64,000 nucleotides of DNA from Promethearchaeota archaeon. GTDB lineage: Archaea; Asgardarchaeota; Lokiarchaeia; Sigyniarchaeales; SOKP01. A program made the position numbers and the translations under genes. Below are positions 41,200 to 51,060 of the stretch, piece by piece (the stretch's first letter is position 1; every line of letters starts with the position of its first letter). Under the pieces are notes generated by a model. It saw only the letters and a list, made by a program, of their open reading frames with translations. It did no database searches and was not told the origin of the DNA. The stretch spans positions 128,001 through 192,000 of the forward strand of contig JBHLOC010000002.1 in the NCBI GenBank assembly GCA_048940925.1, read 5' to 3'.

Positions 41200-42501
41200 A
41201 TGAAAGAGAAGCCAAATATCATCATATTCATCACTCACGACCAAGGTACATTTTTAGGGTGTTATGAGACTCCTCAGACTACAAAATCACTATATACTCC
41301 AAATATTGACAGACTTGCTGAAAATGGAGTGCGGTTTACAAATTATTTTTGTACTGCTCCTCAATGCAGTCCAAGTAGAGGAAGTTTAATGACTTCTTTG
41401 TATCCACATCAAAATGGGCTAATGGGGCTCGTCAACCTTGGATGGACTTTACCTGAAAATAATAAGACTTTGCCAATGTATTTACGAGATCATGGTTATA
41501 ATACTTATTTACTTGGATTGCAACATGAAAGTAAGGAAGTTTCTACCCTTGGATACGACAAAGTCAGTGAAAGAATCAAGGAATATAAATATTCCACCAA
41601 AAAGATGGAAGAAGTATATTTGAGATTTTTTGAAGAACGGCAAGGAGATGATGAACCTTTCTATGTAAATATTGGAACAATTGAAGTTCATCGACCATTT
41701 GTAATATGGAGTGATCCAGTTGATCCAAAATATGTAGAAGTTCCTCCATTTTTACCTAATAATGAACTGATTAGAGAAGATATTGGACTCTTTTATGGGA
41801 TTATCAATAATGTAGATTTAGCTATAGGAAACATAATTAGGTCTTTAGAAAAATTAGGGTTAAGAAAAAATACTCTATTCATCTATACAACCGATCATGG
41901 GAGCCCATTTCCAAGGGCAAAATGTACTTTATACGATCCTGGGATTAAAACAGCGCTCATTATGAATTGTCCAGAATTAGAAATTGTGAGTGGAGGTAAA
42001 ATAATTGATTATAAGATAAGTAATATTGATCTCTTACCAACATTATTAGATCTTGTTGGAGTTAAAAAACCAAGAAACATTGAAGGGATATCATTTTTAC
42101 CAGTATTAGAAGATAAATTTGGAAATTTTAGAAATGAAATTTTTACAGAAAAAACCTATCATGAAATCTACGATCCCATGCGAAGTATAAGGACTGATAA
42201 ATATAAGTATATTCGAAATTTTACAAGTTCAGAAACGTTATATCAAATGCCACTTGATATTCAAAGAGGTCTTTCAGGAAAATTTTTAATAGATACAATT
42301 AAAAAGCCGAGGAGTGAAGAAGAACTCTACGATCTTGAATATGATCCATATGAACAAGAGAACTTAGTTAACGATTCAAATTATCAAAATATTTTACAGG
42401 AGTTAAGGCAAAAATTACTTAATTGGATGATGAATACTAGTGATCCACTTCTAAAAGGTAAAATTGAGCCTCAAAATGGGGTTAGGTATAAAAGAAAATG
42501 A
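41200..42501 (+). CDS. Sulfatase (Cys-type formylglycine)
   Basis: KPNIIIFITHD, CSPSRGSLMT, YTTDHG, EELYDL..DPYE. Confidence 0.92.
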   Translation: MKEKPNIIIFITHDQGTFLGCYETPQTTKSLYTPNIDRLAENGVRFTNYFCTAPQCSPSRGSLMTSLYPHQNGLMGLVNLGWTLPENNKTLPMYLRDHGYNTYLLGLQHESKEVSTLGYDKVSERIKEYKYSTKKMEEVYLRFFEERQGDDEPFYVNIGTIEVHRPFVIWSDPVDPKYVEVPPFLPNNELIREDIGLFYGIINNVDLAIGNIIRSLEKLGLRKNTLFIYTTDHGSPFPRAKCTLYDPGIKTALIMNCPELEIVSGGKIIDYKISNIDLLPTLLDLVGVKKPRNIEGISFLPVLEDKFGNFRNEIFTEKTYHEIYDPMRSIRTDKYKYIRNFTSSETLYQMPLDIQRGLSGKFLIDTIKKPRSEEELYDLEYDPYEQENLVNDSNYQNILQELRQKLLNWMMNTSDPLLKGKIEPQNGVRYKRK

Positions 42502-43778
42502 AAATAGTTAAATCTCTTGAAAATCTTATTTCGAAAATTGATCTTGAATGGATTGATAATTCAAATGAACTAACTAATAGCAACTATTATCATGAACTTA
42601 TGTTGCTTTTCCCAAACTTACATAAATTTTTTGAGGAAGGGCAGCATGAGGATGAATTTGAATTTTTCAGAACGTTAAGACATATTCTTAGAACTCTAAA
42701 AATTTATTTTCTTATAAAGAATAATAAATTTTTTCATAATACATTATCTATAAGTTCTCTACAAACAATTAGAAAAAAAGTATTATGTCAAACTATACGT
42801 AATGAGTTGATTTTACCTCTTATTTTAATGTATCATGACATTGGAAGGTTTTATGATAAGGAAAACCACCCTTATCAAAGTTATTTATTAATAAATGATA
42901 GGGAATTACTTGAACCTTATGATATTTCTGAATTAGATAAACTCCTCATAAGTAAAATTATTCAATACCATTTATTATTTGCTACTATTTATACTGGTGA
43001 ATCTACCTTTTATGGGATATATTCTTTAATAAATGATAATGAATTTATCAAATTAGTTTCTAATGAGAAATTTGGTGATATTTTCATAGATATATTAGAG
43101 ATTTTTACATATATTGATATCTTAGGTTATTCCTATGCTGTAATTTACGATCATTACATAATATATTATAACGAAATTAACTCTAAATTGAAGAAACTTC
43201 TCAGTTTTTGGCCAGATAAGGTTATGATTTTAAAAAAAGCAATAGATTATTCCCAAGAATGGGTAGAATGGAGAATTGCTGGAGCTCTTAGGATTTTTCA
43301 ATTCATTAATACCCAACAATACTTAACTAAGGATTTTTTCTTCAAAAAAATTATAGCAAGTACACGTGAGCCAATAGAGGAGATGAAAGAAGAATTAGAC
43401 TGGAATATTATAAAAGACAAATATTTAATGAATACTTGGAAAATTCAAATAAAATATGGTTTAGGAATCTTAATGTTGTTAACAATCGGTAAATTTTATA
43501 GAGGACCTATTGAAGAAGACGGAAAAATCTCAAATAACCTTATAATATTCTGGATTTTGCTTTCAAAAGAAATTGCTGAAAGATCTATTGAAGATAAGGA
43601 AATATTATGGAATGTACATTTTAAAGGTTTACCAAATTGGTGGAAGTGGGATAGAAAATTTAAAAAAGAGTTGAATTATAATTCTTTAAATTCTATAATG
43701 AAAAATTCCTCGCAGGATTTTAACATTGAGAAAAATGAATACAATTTATATTTAGATTTCGATGTAATTTTTAATTAA
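42498..43778 (+). CDS. Hypothetical protein with an HD-like motif
   Basis: LRH...LMYHDIGR...H...HLL...D; 4-nt overlap with the sulfatase. Confidence 0.6.
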   Translation: MKIVKSLENLISKIDLEWIDNSNELTNSNYYHELMLLFPNLHKFFEEGQHEDEFEFFRTLRHILRTLKIYFLIKNNKFFHNTLSISSLQTIRKKVLCQTIRNELILPLILMYHDIGRFYDKENHPYQSYLLINDRELLEPYDISELDKLLISKIIQYHLLFATIYTGESTFYGIYSLINDNEFIKLVSNEKFGDIFIDILEIFTYIDILGYSYAVIYDHYIIYYNEINSKLKKLLSFWPDKVMILKKAIDYSQEWVEWRIAGALRIFQFINTQQYLTKDFFFKKIIASTREPIEEMKEELDWNIIKDKYLMNTWKIQIKYGLGILMLLTIGKFYRGPIEEDGKISNNLIIFWILLSKEIAERSIEDKEILWNVHFKGLPNWWKWDRKFKKELNYNSLNSIMKNSSQDFNIEKNEYNLYLDFDVIFN

Positions 43779-44025
43779 AATCTTATTATCCCTTATCAAA
43801 ATTAAAATAATATTAATATAGTAATTAGTGACTTTATATCTATTTCTCTCTAATTGAAAGGCATTTTAAATTTGATTTTTAATCTATAATTTCTTTTTCT
43901 TTAATTCTTCTTTTAAAATCAGAATAATAATTTCTTTAAAATAAAAATAAATATTATTATAACATGAAATTCAAATAATATCATTTGAAAGATCCTGACA
44001 TATAGGCTAAATATAAAGAGAACAT

Positions 44026-45414
44026 TTGCTTTTAAAAATGAATAATAGTTATGATTTAAAAAGAAAGAAGAATTTTCTTTCAATACTTTTTCTTTATTTT
44101 ATGATTTATTTTTGTACAGGAATTATACCTGTAAATATAGGTAATTTATTACTATATCTCCCCGAAACTACAGAAATTGGAATTGGTGTAACGATCGCTA
44201 TGAATTTTATAGTTGGTATTATTAGTATACTGATATTCGGATACTATGGAGAAAGAATAGCTGAAAAATTTTCGAGGAAAAAAGTTTTTGCTTATATTAA
44301 TCTTGTCTGGATTATTTCATTTGGATTAACCTCTTTATCATTAAATTTCTTCTTTTATTTATTTTTTATAACAATTAGTGCTATTGGTACAGGAGCATTT
44401 TTACCACTGGGGTTTGCTATGATAGGAGATTTTTATCCTCCAAATGAAAGAGGTAAAAAGTTTGGTGGAATGCAGTTTGGTATGATATTAGGGAACGGAA
44501 TGGGAATTATATTTGGAGGTTTATTAGGAACTTACGCAGGACCATTAGGATGGAGAATTTCTTATGGTTTAGGATTCGTATTAGGACTTTTAGTCTTACT
44601 ATTTTATGTATTTATTAGTATAGAACCAGAAAAAGGGCGAACTGAGCCAGAATTCGAAAGTTTTAAAGGTGAAATCGAATATAATTATAAAATTACTTTT
44701 AATAATCTTAAACAACTATTTAAGACAAAAACCATATTAGGTATTTTAATTTCAGTTCTTTTTGCAGGTATTGCCAATGCTACACTTGGAATTTGGGCGA
44801 TTTATTATTTGAGTTCTAAAATTAATGGTTCTGATGCTGAGTTAATAGCTACCACTCTTTATATTTTATCTGGCAGTGGAGCCCTCCCAGGATCAATTAT
44901 TGGAGGAAAATTAGGAGATTCCTATTTTAATAAAGGAAAAATCAATGGTCGAGTAATTGTCTCTTTTTTAGGTCAAATTATTGGAGTTTCATTATTAATG
45001 GCTTTCTATTTAATTCCTTTTTTGGTAGCAACTCTCTTGGAAGTAGTATTTTCCTGGATATTCTTCTTAATATTGGGCTATCTCGGATTCTTTTTTGGAT
45101 CTTTCTCAATGAGTAACCAATTTGCGATTTATGCTGATGTGTGCCCCCCTGAAGTAAGGAGTACTGCTAATGCTATGAATGGTTTAATGGTAAATATTGG
45201 GGGGATTTTTGGTAATTTATTATTATCTTCTTTGATCGAAAAGAATATGTCCTTATTACCACTCGCTATTTCCTTAGTTTTATTTTTTTACTTATTTGGA
45301 AGCTTCTTTTGGTTATTGACTTATTTCTATTATCAAAAAGAATCTAAGGAATGTAGAGAGTTGTTATCAAAAAGAAGAAAAGAATTAGATAGGAGAGATA
45401 AATCTTATAGTTAA
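44026..45414 (+). CDS. MFS transporter
   Basis: ~12 TM segments, IGDFYPPNERGK, GWR, GGKLGD. Confidence 0.9.
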   Translation: MLLKMNNSYDLKRKKNFLSILFLYFMIYFCTGIIPVNIGNLLLYLPETTEIGIGVTIAMNFIVGIISILIFGYYGERIAEKFSRKKVFAYINLVWIISFGLTSLSLNFFFYLFFITISAIGTGAFLPLGFAMIGDFYPPNERGKKFGGMQFGMILGNGMGIIFGGLLGTYAGPLGWRISYGLGFVLGLLVLLFYVFISIEPEKGRTEPEFESFKGEIEYNYKITFNNLKQLFKTKTILGILISVLFAGIANATLGIWAIYYLSSKINGSDAELIATTLYILSGSGALPGSIIGGKLGDSYFNKGKINGRVIVSFLGQIIGVSLLMAFYLIPFLVATLLEVVFSWIFFLILGYLGFFFGSFSMSNQFAIYADVCPPEVRSTANAMNGLMVNIGGIFGNLLLSSLIEKNMSLLPLAISLVLFFYLFGSFFWLLTYFYYQKESKECRELLSKRRKELDRRDKSYS

Positions 45415-45547
45415 CAGGAGATTTCCATTTTACACACCAAGAAATAGAATTTTACTACTTACGTACATTTTTTATAGTTAAATTTTAAGAATAAAGATTA
45501 TTTAATTAATTTGAAAAACGAATAATTAGTTTGTTTAAAATTAATTC

Positions 45548-46606
45548 TTGGAATGGTTTCAAGTGGCAGACGTATTTAACAATACCTCAGTGGAAAAAAA
45601 CCCTAATGAAGATTTATGTGTTGTTTATGTCTTATATTTTGATGAGAAAAAGGGACAAATTCCACTGCTAATGTATCCTGATGATAGACTCAGAAGTAAT
45701 AAGAAATACATGCGTCCAATCCATTATCATCCTGTTTGGTTTTTAGAAACTGATGAATTAGACCATATTGATTTAGAATATCAAGGTTATACCTTTTTTG
45801 GTAAGAAATTCTTAGCAAAATCAGAAAGAGAAAAACGAAGGGCAGGACTTAAAGAAGAGACTCCTGAAACGATAGTACTTATAGTATCTTTACCTAATGA
45901 GATAGATATTTTTGGTGATGATTTAATACGTATTCTAACTAATAATATTCGGGCTAAATTTGAGGATCAATTATCTGAAGTTATTGAAAGCGAAATTGCA
46001 TCTGAAACTGTTATTAAAACACCCAAAATCCAAGAATTAATATCTGAAGGTAAGAAAGTAAAAATGTTTTTGAGAGAATTAATTGATAGTACAATTAAAG
46101 ATTACTTTTCAAAAGTTTTAGAAAAAAAAACAGACACTCCTTCTCTAAGAGTACAAAAAGCTATCTCTTACTTTTCTATGAAAGGATTTGAGTTTTCTCC
46201 TCTAAGTAGCCTTAAAGGGGACAATTCTTTTTCTAATGTAGATTTATTTGATCCTAAAAAACAGGCTGTTCTCGATCTTTCTACGACAAATCCAATATCA
46301 GTTAAAAATATTTATTTTATTGAAAACAGCCAAGAAATTGAAATAACCGTCCAAAATAATAAAGATGAGGAATTAAACAATATTTCTATTACGATTACAC
46401 ATGTTAAAGAATTTTTTGAGAAAGAAATAATGACTCAACATGTTGATTTTTGGTTTCCTCATGAGGAACTTTTATTTGTCTCCCCCATTGTCCCTCATAT
46501 TGATGAATATTTATTCTCTATTCGCCAATTAGATAATGATGGAAATGGAGAAAAAATTCTTACCCAAAGAATTGATTTAAAATTAATAGAAAAAATAACA
46601 AGTTAA
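45548..46606 (+). CDS. Hypothetical protein with uDENN/longin-like N-terminus and beta-rich C-terminal domain
   Basis: VVYVLYFDEKKGQIPLLMYP resembles the uDENN FDxxxG...YP signature; the C-terminal domain is shared with 590-2080. Confidence 0.6.
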   Translation: MEWFQVADVFNNTSVEKNPNEDLCVVYVLYFDEKKGQIPLLMYPDDRLRSNKKYMRPIHYHPVWFLETDELDHIDLEYQGYTFFGKKFLAKSEREKRRAGLKEETPETIVLIVSLPNEIDIFGDDLIRILTNNIRAKFEDQLSEVIESEIASETVIKTPKIQELISEGKKVKMFLRELIDSTIKDYFSKVLEKKTDTPSLRVQKAISYFSMKGFEFSPLSSLKGDNSFSNVDLFDPKKQAVLDLSTTNPISVKNIYFIENSQEIEITVQNNKDEELNNISITITHVKEFFEKEIMTQHVDFWFPHEELLFVSPIVPHIDEYLFSIRQLDNDGNGEKILTQRIDLKLIEKITS

Positions 46607-46619
46607 TCGTGTTATAAAA

Positions 46620-47096
46620 ATGTCAGAGGTTGAAATTAAACAAGAAGAGATTGTTATTAGAAATTATCGTACTTCAGATTATCATGCTACTTTAGAAATC
46701 TTAAAGGAGTTGAATGAATATTATGATATTGGCTTTAATGAAGCTCAATGGAGAGAGTCTTCTGGACTACGACAGTTTAAACCTAATTTAAAAAGAATAA
46801 CCTTAATCGCAGAATTAAAATCCACAGGTCAAGTCGTAAGTATGGGAATGATTGAAGCTGTAAAAAATACACTTGGACGATATATTGGGTATCTCGATAA
46901 TTGGGCTACTAAAAAAGAATTTATTGGTAAAGGTGTAGGTAAACTTCTCGCGGATAAAGCTACTCAAATTTTAGAGTCATGGGGCTGCGATTCCCTTCGA
47001 ATAAATCTTGCGTATAAAACAGATAAAAAATTACTTGATGTCTTTGCTAAAGCAGATTTCCACCCAATTATAATTGTTCTTGAAAAAAGATTTTAA
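46620..47096 (+). CDS. GNAT family acetyltransferase
   Basis: IVIRNY, EFIGKGVGKLL (motif A), GCDSLRI. Confidence 0.8.
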   Translation: MSEVEIKQEEIVIRNYRTSDYHATLEILKELNEYYDIGFNEAQWRESSGLRQFKPNLKRITLIAELKSTGQVVSMGMIEAVKNTLGRYIGYLDNWATKKEFIGKGVGKLLADKATQILESWGCDSLRINLAYKTDKKLLDVFAKADFHPIIIVLEKRF

Positions 47097-47129
47097 CTTT
47101 TAAAAACTTTTTTTTGTAAAAACTGTTTC

Positions 47130-47152
47130 TTTTCGTTCGTTAGGAACGAAAA
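47130..47152. promoter_or_regulatory. Inverted repeat TTTTCGTTC-N5-GAACGAAAA (terminator or operator)
   Basis: Perfect 9-bp arms in the intergenic gap after the GNAT gene. Confidence 0.45.
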
Positions 47153-47247
47153 AGTATCAAACTAAATATTCATTTATAAATTTAAATTATTATTTATTTC
47201 AAAAAAAAACAATATCTAATAATTTTAATTCTTACAGGGTGATTTAA

Positions 47248-47802
47248 ATAAATATTAAAGGTATAGCTTTTATGCAAGTAAGAGATGCCCATATTTCAGT
47301 TTTTGGAGAAGAACGTTGGAATAATTTCTTTCAGCGGTTCAATAAGCATTATACTACGTTTCCAAATGATCCTTTATCATCAACTAGGATTCCTATAGAT
47401 ATATATCTTTCATTTATAGATGAATTGACCCAAGAATTCTATAATGGCAATCAGAGAATATATTGGGGATTTGGGGAACAAGGCGCTCAAACTGCCTTGA
47501 GTGAGGATGGTCACCTTAATATATTTGTTAGAGTTAAAAGAAGCCCTGAAAATTTTATCAAATATGTTCTAGCTCGGATCTGGACCAACTATTTTGATAT
47601 GGGAAGAGAAGAATTTAAACTTGAAGGAAATATTTTACATGCGCGGATTTTAGATCTACCAAAATATCACCCCTATTTTGAATTAACGACCATGGGTTAT
47701 ATAAAAAAAGCTTTAGAATTAATTGGACTTACAGTTGAGAAAACTACAAAAATAAAAAGCTCAGCAAAAGAAATTTATTATCAATTTATTTTAAATTTAT
47801 AA
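47248..47802 (+). CDS. Hypothetical protein (DUF2378/V4R-like); probable ATA start
   Basis: ATA 47248 directly follows an in-frame TAA, with GGGTGA upstream; gives (I)NIKGIAFMQVR..FGEERW..IWTNYFDMG. Confidence 0.6.
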   Translation: MNIKGIAFMQVRDAHISVFGEERWNNFFQRFNKHYTTFPNDPLSSTRIPIDIYLSFIDELTQEFYNGNQRIYWGFGEQGAQTALSEDGHLNIFVRVKRSPENFIKYVLARIWTNYFDMGREEFKLEGNILHARILDLPKYHPYFELTTMGYIKKALELIGLTVEKTTKIKSSAKEIYYQFILNL

Positions 47803-48197
47803 AAGGGCATAATAAATAAAATATTTATTATTATCTTTAGAAAAAGGCTAATTATTTTGTAAGATATGAACTTTTCTCCTTTTTAAACGCAATTATTAAA
47901 TACATTAATGATACTAGGGACAAAATCGCAATACTTCCTGAGTAAATAAATTAACGATAGTAATGATTTACATTAACTAAATGAAAATATGAAAAAGACA
48001 ATATTCATATATTTCTTTAAGATTTGGTGCTAGAATTAAGATAGTACTTTTCTTGATGTGTAATAGCCCATTTTGTGCTATGTGTTCTAGTAATTCTATA
48101 ACTTTCCAATTGATTCGAAGTTCTTATAGAATTCAATAGTAAAAACTATATATGGAATTGTGGGTATATTAAAATTAAAAACAAACAAAAAAAAAGA

Positions 48198-48398
48198 GTG
48201 ATAAAAAAAATGGAAAGAAAAAATAGGACAGATATGAAATATTACGATTATTTATTTACTGTTCAGCAAATTGCTCAAAAATCACATGCAATTCAGAAAA
48301 AAGTCATAACTCAAGTGTTTGCGAATTTTGATGCTTGCCAAGTGCTAAGCAAATTAAATCGGCAAATTGAGCATCTTGATGGATTACTATCTAAATAA
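48198..48398 (+). CDS. Small hypothetical protein
   Basis: 66-aa ORF in otherwise stop-rich AT DNA, with helical composition. Confidence 0.4.
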   Translation: MIKKMERKNRTDMKYYDYLFTVQQIAQKSHAIQKKVITQVFANFDACQVLSKLNRQIEHLDGLLSK

Positions 48399-48440
48399 AA
48401 AAAATATTAAAAATTACAAAGTGGAGGTGAAAAGATAATT

Positions 48441-48491
48441 ATGTTCAGCTTATTGACACTTGTCTTAATAATGATCGCCGCAGTTTTCTAG
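48441..48491 (+). CDS. 16-aa hydrophobic micro-peptide MFSLLTLVLIMIAAVF
   Basis: GGAGGTGA at 48423-30, 10 nt before the ATG; followed by hairpins. Confidence 0.45.
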   Translation: MFSLLTLVLIMIAAVF

Positions 48492-48506
48492 AAATACTGC
48501 AATTAA

Positions 48507-48529
48507 CTCCTAGTGATTATTACTAGGAG
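48507..48529 (+). terminator. Hairpin CTCCTAGTG-ATTAT-TACTAGGAG followed by a T-rich tract
   Basis: 9-bp stem (one G-U) 15 nt after the micro-ORF stop. Confidence 0.5.
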
Positions 48530-48747
48530 ATCTTAATTACTCTATTTAATTTTTAAATTTTTTTATTTTTTTCTTTAATTTGCTCTCTTACATTACAGCA
48601 GAGCTACTGAGGAATAAATACTTTTCTAATTATTAAAACTACTCGTTATAAATTTTTAAAAGGACAAAATCCATTATTAATAATAATGGATTATGAAGTT
48701 ATTCTAATAAAAAGTGTGTAAAATTAAAATAAATTCTGTTTTTTAAT

Positions 48748-49359
48748 ATGATTACTAAAATATCATTGATTTTTTTTTGGATGATTATGATTATCGTTGT
48801 AATACATATATTCTATAGAAAATTTTCATATAAAATTGAAAGAGCAGTTGATTTTCCTGAGATTCATCATTGGATTTATCCATTAATAATAATTTGCATT
48901 TTAGGATATATCTATATATGCTTTTTGACAATAAGTTATATTTTTAATCCTAATTTTGCATTTAATCTTTTTTTACCAATAAAAATTCTAAATTTAGACC
49001 TTATAAAATATATAGGAGATATTTTTGTTATAATTGGGACTATTTTATTTCTAATAGCGTATTTTAATCTAAATTCATTAACAGATTTAGCAAATAAATC
49101 CGACTCAAGTGAATTAAAAACAACAGGAATATATGCAATATCCAGAAATCCTATTTATCTCGGATTGCATATTATAACATTCGGATTTAGTTTAATAATT
49201 CCAACATGGATAACATTCATATGTATTATCATATTCATTATTAATTTTCATTATAGAATTAAACTAGAAGAAAAAGAATTAGAAGAAATATTTGGAAAGG
49301 CTTATATTGCTTATAAAAGAAAAGTGTTAAGATATATTGGTCGAAGGATTAGAAGTTAA
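48748..49359 (+). CDS. ICMT/PEMT-family membrane methyltransferase
   Basis: LKTTGIYAISRNPIYLG, RIKLEEKELEEIFGKAYIAYK. Confidence 0.85.
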   Translation: MITKISLIFFWMIMIIVVIHIFYRKFSYKIERAVDFPEIHHWIYPLIIICILGYIYICFLTISYIFNPNFAFNLFLPIKILNLDLIKYIGDIFVIIGTILFLIAYFNLNSLTDLANKSDSSELKTTGIYAISRNPIYLGLHIITFGFSLIIPTWITFICIIIFIINFHYRIKLEEKELEEIFGKAYIAYKRKVLRYIGRRIRS

Positions 49360-49498
49360 ATTTTAATTTTAGCTTAAAATGATATCTATATTTGTACTTA
49401 TGATAATTAAAATAAAAATCAAATGGAAACTGAAATATGATTCAAAATAAAAAAAAATTTGAAGAATAGTTTATAATCAACTATTCCTCCATTATGAG

Positions 49499-50869
49499 TT
49501 ATATTTTTTCAAATCGTGCTTGAAAAAATCTCAAATATTCTGGTTCGTATATCATCCTTAGACCGCGTATCATGTCTTTCTTTTCATAAAGTCGAATCAC
49601 TGACTCCGCTGTATATTCCATATGGGTGTTTGTGTAAACTCTTCGGGGAATTGTGAGTCTAACGAGTTCTAATTTAGGAAATATATTTTCACCAGTGTCT
49701 TTATCTCTTCCTTTAGAAATAGCTCCACGTTCCATGCTTCTTACACCTGAATCCTCATAAATTGCTGCGGCTAACGTTTGTGCGGGCCACTGTTCTCTCT
49801 CAAGATGAGATAAAAATTTTAAAGCATTCAGAAAGACCGCATGTCCACCTATTGGTTTTACAATAGGTACTCCTGCGTTCATTAATAATTTGCCTAAATA
49901 ACGAACCTGATTTATCCTGTATTTTAAATATTCATAAGATGTACTTTCTTTTAATCCCCTCGCTACAGCCTCCATATCTCGACCAGCCATACCTCCATAA
50001 GTATGTAATCCTTCATACACAACAACCATGTTACGGCAATGTTCAAATATATCCTTATCTTTTGTAGCAAGAAAACCACCAATGTTGACGAGACAATCCT
50101 TCTTTGCAGAATAAATACATCCATCAGAATAACTCATCATCTCTCTAAGAATATCAACAATCGGTGTATTCTCATAACCTTTTTCACGCTCCCGAATGAA
50201 ATATGCATTTTCACTTGATCTCGTGGCATCATATATAATTTTCAATTTATAATCATCACAAAATTGCCGTAATTCACGGAGGTTTTGCATAGATACAGGC
50301 TGCCCCCCTGCCATATTTACATCCATTTCCACATTTACAAAAGCAATTTTTTCTACTCCAAATTCATCAATAAATGCTTGTAATTTTTTGAAATCTACAT
50401 TACCCTTAAAAGGATGTAAATTATCTGGATCATGAGCGTCATCAATGATGACATCAACCATTTTTCCACCAGGAAGTTCAACATGGAGTCTTGAGGTAGT
50501 AAAATACATATTTCGTGGTACAAGTTGCCCTGGTTTTACGAGATAGCTATACATAAGATGCTCTGCACCACGACCTTGATGAGTTGGAACGATATACTTA
50601 TATCCAAGTACATCTTGTATTGCCTTTTCAAGATTATAGAAATTTCTGGCTCCTGCATAGGCTTCATCACCTAAAAGAAGACCACTCCATTGATAATCTG
50701 ACATAGCTGAAGTACCTGAATCAGTTAAAAGATCAATGTAAACATCCTCAGATTTTAATAGAAATGTATTGTATCCAGCTTCCCTAATTGCTTCACTTCT
50801 TCTTTTTTGATCGGGCATACCCACATGTTCGATCATTTTGATTTTAAAAGGTTCGGGGGGTCCGTTCAT
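49499..50869 (-). CDS. tpl: Tyrosine phenol-lyase
   Basis: DLLTDSGT, GDEAYAG, PTHQGRGAE, SAKKD (PLP Lys); TPL-type RSMERG and LRFF rather than tryptophanase EIG/LRHF. Confidence 0.88.
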   Translation of the reverse strand: MNGPPEPFKIKMIEHVGMPDQKRRSEAIREAGYNTFLLKSEDVYIDLLTDSGTSAMSDYQWSGLLLGDEAYAGARNFYNLEKAIQDVLGYKYIVPTHQGRGAEHLMYSYLVKPGQLVPRNMYFTTSRLHVELPGGKMVDVIIDDAHDPDNLHPFKGNVDFKKLQAFIDEFGVEKIAFVNVEMDVNMAGGQPVSMQNLRELRQFCDDYKLKIIYDATRSSENAYFIREREKGYENTPIVDILREMMSYSDGCIYSAKKDCLVNIGGFLATKDKDIFEHCRNMVVVYEGLHTYGGMAGRDMEAVARGLKESTSYEYLKYRINQVRYLGKLLMNAGVPIVKPIGGHAVFLNALKFLSHLEREQWPAQTLAAAIYEDSGVRSMERGAISKGRDKDTGENIFPKLELVRLTIPRRVYTNTHMEYTAESVIRLYEKKDMIRGLRMIYEPEYLRFFQARFEKI

Positions 50870-51060
50870 TTAAATCATCTTTTATTATACTTATTTTAAT
50901 AGATTAATTAAGAGGAGTAATTTGAAAAAGATTTCGTAGATATCCTCCCATACTATTCCCATTAATTAAGAACTCTCTTTCAAAGTCTTAGAATTGCATG
51001 ATACATGAATTTTCTTGAAAGAGATTCTTTGTTTATAAAGTTTTATTTTAAAGAATGAAT

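Noticed and set aside
49480-50965. ACTATTCC..CATTA similarity on both sides of tpl as insertion-site repeats
   Set aside because: The match is short and gapped, and no mobility gene is nearby.
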